From an uncultured Thermoplasmatales archaeon (GTDB taxonomy: Archaea > Thermoplasmatota > E2 > DHVEG-1): a stretch of DNA of 64,000 nt. This document shows positions 58,067-64,000 of the stretch, one piece after another. Within the stretch, counting starts at the first letter, position 1; each line of letters starts with the position of its first letter. The translations under genes and the position numbers were made by a program. The notes under the pieces are model-generated. The model did no database searches and was not told the origin of the DNA. It was given only the letters and a program-made list of their open reading frames with translations. Where the stretch lies: the NCBI GenBank assembly GCA_964518165.1, contig CAZFFN010000126.1, forward strand, positions 11,275-75,274, in the 5' to 3' direction.

Positions 58067-59176
58067 TTATATTAATTCATATGATAGGTTGATAACTTTT
58101 GATGTAATATATCCATCATATCCATCTATAAGTGAGAAATCATGATGTCCAACTAAATCACCATTGTCATCTATCATGGGATCACAGGGATCATTATTCC
58201 TAATGTGCTTAATAGTCCAATTGTATGTTTCAATTAAGCTAAGATTGCCATCCTTGTTAGCATCCACAAAATTACCATTTTCATCTTGATAATCAAAACC
58301 TTTTTTTCCTAATCCGTCATAAAGAGGCCCAAGGAAGTTACCTATCGGAATTCCTTCTTCACCAGCAGTAAAAATTATAGAAGTATTACTACTAAGAGAG
58401 TTAATAAAACCACCGCTATGGCAAGGTTGTAGAAAATAAATGGTCCTTGTACTTAAAATTGAAGTGGTCATTTCTGCAAGTTCTTTTTCACTCAGTGAAT
58501 ATTTACTATCAGTTGAATTTGAATATGTTTTTTTATTTCTAAAAAAGATTGGAAAAATATTTCTCATAACTTTTTTAGAACTATCTTCAGTTAGAATATC
58601 TGGATTCCAAAGTGGAAAACAGGTATCATATGCATTTATTCCACTGCACAAATCAATATATTTATTTAATATTGGTATTTTTATTGTGCTTTTGTCTTTC
58701 CCATGCCCGATTAATTCAACTAAGAGAAGCTCATTATGATTATCATTATCATTTATTTTATTTCTTAATATGTTAAAAACTTTCGTAATATTATCTTTAG
58801 TAGAATTCATATAATTTTTTGAATGAAATGAGTTAGGATCAAAATTTGAACCAGGAGTAAAACCATCACGATTTATCTCTGTCAATAAAATAAAAATATT
58901 TTCTCTTTTAAAATTATAAATATCAACTAAAATATTAAAAAAATTTTGAGCATCTCCTGTATACCATTGATAATATTTTTCTATTGGATTTCCAGAAATT
59001 TTTTCCTGATTTTTTGCACCATATTTTCCAACAATAATTACAGCATACTTTTCATCGTAGATTATTTTATTCAAAGAATTTTCTTGAGAAGCATCGATTA
59101 AAATATTTAAACTTTCAACATTAAGAGAGGAAAATAAGAATAAAAAAATTAGTATAAGACAAATTATTTTCTTCAT
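58067..59176 (-). CDS. Secreted legumain/GPI8-like (C13, clan CD) cysteine peptidase homolog
   Basis: Signal peptide. YAVIIVGKYGAKN...YYQWYTGDAQNFFNIL (legumain-like N-terminal strand), LLLVELIGHG (His-Gly) and YFLQPCHSGGF (Cys motif). Confidence 0.55.
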   Translation of the reverse strand: MKKIICLILIFLFLFSSLNVESLNILIDASQENSLNKIIYDEKYAVIIVGKYGAKNQEKISGNPIEKYYQWYTGDAQNFFNILVDIYNFKRENIFILLTEINRDGFTPGSNFDPNSFHSKNYMNSTKDNITKVFNILRNKINDNDNHNELLLVELIGHGKDKSTIKIPILNKYIDLCSGINAYDTCFPLWNPDILTEDSSKKVMRNIFPIFFRNKKTYSNSTDSKYSLSEKELAEMTTSILSTRTIYFLQPCHSGGFINSLSSNTSIIFTAGEEGIPIGNFLGPLYDGLGKKGFDYQDENGNFVDANKDGNLSLIETYNWTIKHIRNNDPCDPMIDDNGDLVGHHDFSLIDGYDGYITSKVINLSYELI

Positions 59177-59347
59177 ACAATCATCATTTTAGCATATTTA
59201 TAATAATCAAAGTATAAATATTTTTCTCCGAAAAATAATTTAAATACTAGAGTATTATTTCATCAAAGACGTGATAATCTGAAAGAAATTACTCAGAAAA
59301 TTTCAACTTTACATTTAAAAAACCCTACAATTCTTGCTTCAGGTATA

Positions 59348-60187
59348 ATGGATGAAGATGCTGGCTCTATGAAAAAAATTATCAAGAATGGAGCCGGAGC
59401 AGTTACTACAAAATCTATAGGATTAAAACCAAAAAAAGGATATTCTAATCCAAGTTGCCTAGAGCTTGAACATGGAATTTTAAATGCCATGGGTCTTCCA
59501 AATCCAGGTATTGATAGCTATAAAGAGGAAATTAAAGAACTTAAAAAAATAAAACAACCTGTTATCGGAAGTATTTATGGTAAAGATTCCAAAGAATTTT
59601 TAATTCTTGCAAAAAAAATGGAAGAACTCGGAGTTGATGCTGTAGAGCTAAATATGAGTTGCCCTCATGCTAAAGGTTATGGCCTAGAAATTGGATCTGA
59701 TCCAAAATTGGTATCAACTATTGTCTTAAATACAAAACACTCAATTAATATCCCTGTTTTTGTAAAATTATCGCCAAACCTAACCGATATTGTGAAAATA
59801 GCAAAAGCTGCTGAAAAAGCAAAAGCAGATGCGATAGTTGCAATTAACACAGTTAAAGCAATGAAAATAGATATTGAAACAAAACAACCAGTTTTATCAA
59901 ACAAGATAGGAGGATACTCAGGGCCTGCAATTAAACCAATTGGTATTAGATGCGTTTATGATATTTATGAACATACTAACATCCCAATAATTGGATGCGG
60001 AGGAATAACAAGTGGAGAAGATGCAATTGAATTTATGATGGCAGGCGCATCAGCTGTTCAAATAGGATCAGCAGTATATTATCGAGAACTTGATGTATTC
60101 AAAAAAGTTACTTCTGAAATAAAAAAATGGATGAAAAAAAACAATTATGAAAATCTCAACGAAATTATAGGAGCGGCTCATCAATGA
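59348..60187 (+). CDS. pyrD: Dihydroorotate dehydrogenase catalytic subunit (class 1B); the coding region likely begins upstream at a non-ATG codon
   Basis: GAGAVTTKSI, NMSCPHAKG, IPVFVKLSPN, GGYSGPAIKP. The in-frame upstream stretch 59279..59347 encodes LKEITQKISTLHLKNPTILASGI (conserved PyrD beta1) but contains no ATG, GTG or TTG. Confidence 0.8.
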   Translation: MDEDAGSMKKIIKNGAGAVTTKSIGLKPKKGYSNPSCLELEHGILNAMGLPNPGIDSYKEEIKELKKIKQPVIGSIYGKDSKEFLILAKKMEELGVDAVELNMSCPHAKGYGLEIGSDPKLVSTIVLNTKHSINIPVFVKLSPNLTDIVKIAKAAEKAKADAIVAINTVKAMKIDIETKQPVLSNKIGGYSGPAIKPIGIRCVYDIYEHTNIPIIGCGGITSGEDAIEFMMAGASAVQIGSAVYYRELDVFKKVTSEIKKWMKKNNYENLNEIIGAAHQ

Positions 60188-60963
60188 ATTATCCAGAAGT
60201 AACAAAAATTTTAGAAACAAAAAAAGAAAATGAAACAATAAAAACAATAAAATTTGAACATAAAGAAAAAATAATCCCTGGTCAATTTTATATGATTTGG
60301 ATACCCGGAGTTGATGAAATCCCAATGAGTGTTTCCCATATCGAAGATAAAGTTAAAGGTATTACATTTCGTAAAGTTGGAGAAGCAACAGAAAAGTTAT
60401 TTAAACTCAAGAAAGGAGATAAAATAGGTATAAGAGGCCCCTATGGAAATGGTTTTAAAATAAATGGGAAAAAAATACTATTTGTAGCAGGTGGAACAGG
60501 TACTGCAATGATTGCTCCAGCCGTAGAATATGCATTAAACAAAAAGATAAAAAGCACAGTAATTATTGGCACTAAATGCAAAGAAGAATTATTTTTTGAA
60601 AAAAGATTAAAAGATCTAAATATAGATTATTTTATCTGTACCGATGATGGTTCATGTGGAAAAAAAGGATTTACAACTGATATCTTAGAAGAAATAATTT
60701 CTAAAGATAATTTTTCTTCAATTCTAACATGTGGTCCAGAGATTATGATGAAAAAAATTGTTGATATGTACAAAGATATCCCAATCCAGGCAAGCCTTGA
60801 AAGATATATGAAATGTGGATTTGGAATATGTGGACAGTGTACTATTGGTGAAGGTATTAGAGTATGTAAAGAAGGCCCTGTTTTTGATGGAAAAACTTTA
60901 AGAAAAATTAAAGACTTTGGTAAATACAAAAAAGATGCTTCAGGAAAAAGGATTTCTATATAG
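60184..60963 (+). CDS. pyrK: Dihydroorotate dehydrogenase electron-transfer subunit
   Basis: FAD/NAD-binding fold (GQFYMIW, FVAGGTGTA) and a C-terminal Cys cluster (CGFGICGQC...C). It overlaps pyrD in an ATGA arrangement. Confidence 0.85.
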   Translation: MNYPEVTKILETKKENETIKTIKFEHKEKIIPGQFYMIWIPGVDEIPMSVSHIEDKVKGITFRKVGEATEKLFKLKKGDKIGIRGPYGNGFKINGKKILFVAGGTGTAMIAPAVEYALNKKIKSTVIIGTKCKEELFFEKRLKDLNIDYFICTDDGSCGKKGFTTDILEEIISKDNFSSILTCGPEIMMKKIVDMYKDIPIQASLERYMKCGFGICGQCTIGEGIRVCKEGPVFDGKTLRKIKDFGKYKKDASGKRISI

Positions 60964-60986
60964 CAATTATTGGGAGGAAGAAATTT

Positions 60987-61406
60987 TTGAGTGTATATCA
61001 TGATGAAATTAAAGTTAAAACCGAAGGCGAAGTCGATATTATAGACATTACAGAAAACATTCAGAAAATTGTGGAAAAGTCAGATATCAAAAATGGGATA
61101 ATATGTGTATTTAACCCAGGCTCAACTGGCTCACTTACAACAATTGAATACGAGCCAGGGCTTAAGAAAGATTTTCCAATAGCACTTGAAAAAATTGCAC
61201 CTAAAAAAGATTATTATAATCATCATGAAACTTGGCATGATGATAATGGGCACTCGCATGTAAGAGCTAGTCTTATAGGACCTAGCGTAACACTACCTTT
61301 AATAAAAGGAAAAGTAGTACATGGGACCTGGCAGCAGATTGTATTTGTGGAACTAGATACAAGTAATAGAACTAGAAATATAATTGTCCAAATAGTTGGA
61401 GAATAA
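60987..61406 (+). CDS. YjbQ/UPF0047 family protein
   Basis: YNHHETWHDDNGHSHVRASLIGPS...HGTWQQIVFVELD. Confidence 0.75.
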   Translation: MSVYHDEIKVKTEGEVDIIDITENIQKIVEKSDIKNGIICVFNPGSTGSLTTIEYEPGLKKDFPIALEKIAPKKDYYNHHETWHDDNGHSHVRASLIGPSVTLPLIKGKVVHGTWQQIVFVELDTSNRTRNIIVQIVGE

Positions 61407-61408
61407 AA

Positions 61409-61918
61409 TTACCATTGGTTATAGTGAACTCTATCTTCTTTATATCTTTCAACCTTTTTTTGTTCTTTATCGGTAAAACCTAAGGAAATAATTGAGAAAG
61501 GGATTACACTGTCTGGCAATTTTAAAATATTTTTTAATTCGTTAACTCTATTTTCTTGTGGATATATTCCAACCCAGCATGATCCAAGCCCTATAGCTCT
61601 TGCACAAATAAGCATGTTTTGCGTTGCTGCACTGCAATCAATAGGCCAATACCCTTTAAATTTTTCAAGTTTTTTATCAGCACATATGAGTATTGCTTTT
61701 TTTGCTTTTGTAATAAACTTCGCTCTTTTGTGAAAACCAGGAATTTTGTTTAATATATCTTGATCATCAATTACAATAAAATGCCATGGCTGCTGATTTG
61801 CAGCTGATGGTGCAGAACATCCTGCTTCTATTAGAGTCTTTATAGCCTCATCATCAATTTCTTTATCAGTATATTCTCTAATGCTTCTTCTTGTAAAAAT
61901 TGCTTCTAATGCGTCCAT
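61409..61918 (-). CDS. Nitroreductase-family protein
   Basis: IFTRRSIREY, APSAANQQPWHFIVI. Confidence 0.8.
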   Translation of the reverse strand: MDALEAIFTRRSIREYTDKEIDDEAIKTLIEAGCSAPSAANQQPWHFIVIDDQDILNKIPGFHKRAKFITKAKKAILICADKKLEKFKGYWPIDCSAATQNMLICARAIGLGSCWVGIYPQENRVNELKNILKLPDSVIPFSIISLGFTDKEQKKVERYKEDRVHYNQW

Positions 61919-61974
61919 GTTATTATTAAAATAAAAGCTGTATATTAAAATTTTGATTAAGTTTATTTTGAATA

Positions 61975-62802
61975 TTATTCTACAAAATCAAAAAGTATTC
62001 TACTTGGATTATTTCCACCAAATTTTAGTTTAGTATTTGTTAAAAAAGAGGAAGTCTCAAAGACTATTTTTATCTTCATCAATCTATGTTCTTCTGATAT
62101 TTCACCATTAATTTTTAACCATATATCTCTTCTCATACCCGTAATTTTATTCTCAATGATACCTTCAGAAAATTTATTGTTTTCATCATCAAATAAGATT
62201 ATTTTAACACTCTTAATTGATGATAAATATGGTTTTTCAATGCTTAATCTAGCTTCCCAAGAACATTTCTCTAAGTATACTTCATCATTAATGTAAAAAG
62301 ATATCTCTTTTTTGTTATCGAGAGATAAAAGATTTTCAGAAATTTTTTCATAGCTATATTCAGGTTTATCTTTTTGTATACTATTTTTATCCAAATATAA
62401 AACAAATTCCTTTGGAAATAATTTTATCCTATGTTTAGATGCTCGAATAGAGTTATCCTTATATTCTGTCATTAGTGTTACTGTGTATACTAGAGGGTAT
62501 TCAATTCCCATTTCACTTGAAAAATCATATTCATATGAAACTTTTTCACCATTTAATCTTCCCCCATCTTGAAAATCCCAAGTATATGATCTTATCTTAT
62601 TTTCATTATTTATCTTTTCAACATCAAAAGTAATACTTTCATTAAAATAAGCCCTACTTGGTGCTATAATATTTACAAAAGGGTCTTTTTCATAGTTCTT
62701 TATAGAACTTATCTCTTTATTTTTATCAACGCAACCTGAAAAGATACTTGTAATAATAACTAATATCAATAAAATTATTTTAATTTTAATATTCTTCTCC
62801 AT
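61975..62802 (-). CDS. Secreted putative lipoprotein with a PKD domain
   Basis: Signal plus SGC lipobox-like site, YTWDFQDGG...YEYDF...YPLVYTVTL (canonical PKD WDFGDG pattern). Confidence 0.55.
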   Translation of the reverse strand: MEKNIKIKIILLILVIITSIFSGCVDKNKEISSIKNYEKDPFVNIIAPSRAYFNESITFDVEKINNENKIRSYTWDFQDGGRLNGEKVSYEYDFSSEMGIEYPLVYTVTLMTEYKDNSIRASKHRIKLFPKEFVLYLDKNSIQKDKPEYSYEKISENLLSLDNKKEISFYINDEVYLEKCSWEARLSIEKPYLSSIKSVKIILFDDENNKFSEGIIENKITGMRRDIWLKINGEISEEHRLMKIKIVFETSSFLTNTKLKFGGNNPSRILFDFVE

Positions 62803-62928
62803 AAATTTTCAGCACTATATAATTTACGACGATATTTATAAATTTTTACAGAAACATTTATAACATAATTAAATAAACTATTATTATAAGTAGTTAAATA
62901 TAAATCATATATTTCCCGGGCTGAATAA

Positions 62929-64000
62929 ATGTTTAGAAAAAAAACAATAGTATATCTATTAATTATAATTCAATTTATATCAGCTTTATCTATACCAATA
63001 ATTAATGCTGACAATAATATTCCCACATGGAATAAAGAATGGTCGTACAGAGAAGAAATAAATATTCCAATAAAAACAAATGAAAAATCTGCAAAATTTC
63101 AACCAATAGATATCTTATTTGAATTTAAAAACCCGTGTTGGGCTAAAAATGAAGAAGAACACTCCATCCGTATTGGTTGTTGGGATGGAAATAAATGGCA
63201 TGAGTTAGAGTCTCAGATATATGACTTAGAAAAAACAGATGGATCTTTACATATTAAAAAATGTGGAATTGTTTTTTTAATTCCAGAGTTTGCAAATGGC
63301 AAAGAAAGATATTTTGTTTATTATGATGAAAATAAAAAAGGATCCCTTAATTATAAAGACCACATTCAAATAGAAGATTCATACTATTATTTTGAACCAA
63401 TTACAGGGGTAAAAGCAGAGGGAGATTATTACAAAATAACTGAAGACGGATACTGTGTATTTGGAGTTGGACAAAAAGGAAAAGTAATTCATAGAAGACT
63501 CTCTCAAACAGTTGTAAAATTAAAACCTAAAACAAAAAATTTTGATATTCTTAATTCAGATAACATTGCATCTTTTTGTTTTTCATATCATAGAGGACCA
63601 GAATTTGAGGATGAGATATCTTCTGATGAAGAACTTATAGCAAAACAGATTCTCACAGATGGAAACCTAATGGTAGAGTTTAAAATAATAAGTCAATCTA
63701 AAGAAAAGAATCTCCGTACGTCAAATATTTATAAATACTATTATTGTCCAACTGAGGATAAACGATTAAATGTCCATGTTAAACACGAAGTTTTTGAAGA
63801 TGATATCGTAAAAGGAGTAGTAAATGTTGATGGCAGATATGGAGCAATAATATCCTACCAATCAAAAAGTGAAAAAATTAAACAAATGCGATTTGGAGAA
63901 ATCCTGCCATATATACATGTTTACAGAGAAGATGGGAAAATCCATGAATATCTAATGAATCAAAATCCCGAGGGAAAAAAACGAGAATGGATAATTCCAT
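62929..64000 (+). CDS. Secreted hypothetical protein, 3' partial (runs off the window; absent from the ORF track)
   Basis: ATG 62929, signal/anchor IVYLLIIIQFISALSIPIINA. The frame was translated without stops through nt 64000 (over 357 aa), with several Cys. Confidence 0.6.
   Translation, partial: MFRKKTIVYLLIIIQFISALSIPIINADNNIPTWNKEWSYREEINIPIKTNEKSAKFQPIDILFEFKNPCWAKNEEEHSIRIGCWDGNKWHELESQIYDLEKTDGSLHIKKCGIVFLIPEFANGKERYFVYYDENKKGSLNYKDHIQIEDSYYYFEPITGVKAEGDYYKITEDGYCVFGVGQKGKVIHRRLSQTVVKLKPKTKNFDILNSDNIASFCFSYHRGPEFEDEISSDEELIAKQILTDGNLMVEFKIISQSKEKNLRTSNIYKYYYCPTEDKRLNVHVKHEVFEDDIVKGVVNVDGRYGAIISYQSKSEKIKQMRFGEILPYIHVYREDGKIHEYLMNQNPEGKKREWIIP

Noticed and set aside
1-64000. CRISPR arrays, integrases, transposases, or other mobile-element hallmarks
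   Set aside because: No short direct-repeat/spacer periodicity and no recombinase-like ORF was found anywhere in the window. The only larger repeats are protein-level paralogy (giant paralogs, PKD-like modules, two tfb copies).

Overview
This is an AT-rich (roughly 30% GC by eye) archaeal chromosomal segment that is almost entirely coding. Archaeal identity rests on two TFB paralogs, a long-form Hef (helicase fused to an ERCC4 nuclease), the conserved rpl21e-rpoF-DUF655-ksgA cluster with pus10, nop5, taw1, a GPN-loop GTPase and UPF0147. A finer lineage call (euryarchaeal or DPANN-like) cannot be made from the sequence alone.

Housekeeping genes include pdxS/pdxT, argS, leuS, purD, a pyrE-like PRTase, pyrD/pyrK, msrB, a Nudix hydrolase, family-4 UDG, endonuclease IV, a PHI/SIS isomerase and one tRNA-Pro(GGG).

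Transporters are an OPT family member, an SSS symporter with a small accessory ORF, TrkH, MscS and a SemiSWEET. Two-component parts are orphans: one cytoplasmic histidine kinase and two single-domain receivers.

The unusual content is a dense secreted, cell-surface proteome.
- Two tandem paralogous surface proteins of about 1160 aa lie at 5.5-12.6 kb. Each has a signal peptide, two clostridial CWB2-like cell-wall-binding motifs, a conserved Cys/His/Trp-rich C-terminal domain of unknown function and a C-terminal TM anchor.
- A secreted subtilase sits at 13.9-15.9 kb.
- A four-gene unit at 19.4-25.9 kb has a membrane-embedded ArsR-type HTH protein followed by three secreted proteins. The three share a PKD-like approximately 90-aa module and a Phe-rich C-terminal tail. 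The middle protein is a clostripain-type C11 cysteine peptidase with the His-Gly and Asp-Ala-Cys motifs.
- A legumain/C13-like peptidase lies at 58 kb, a PKD-domain lipoprotein at 62 kb, and another secreted protein runs off the window end.

Further observations: both TFB genes share an ATTGTGAGA...GATTATGA motif upstream (at TFB1 it forms a vestigial 14-codon TFB-like uORF); pyrD has no canonical start codon for its conserved N-terminus; a 390-nt intergenic region contains a hairpin plus T-tract; and there are three unannotated small ORFs, two of them with GGTGGTG RBS-like motifs.

No CRISPR array, integrase or transposase was seen.
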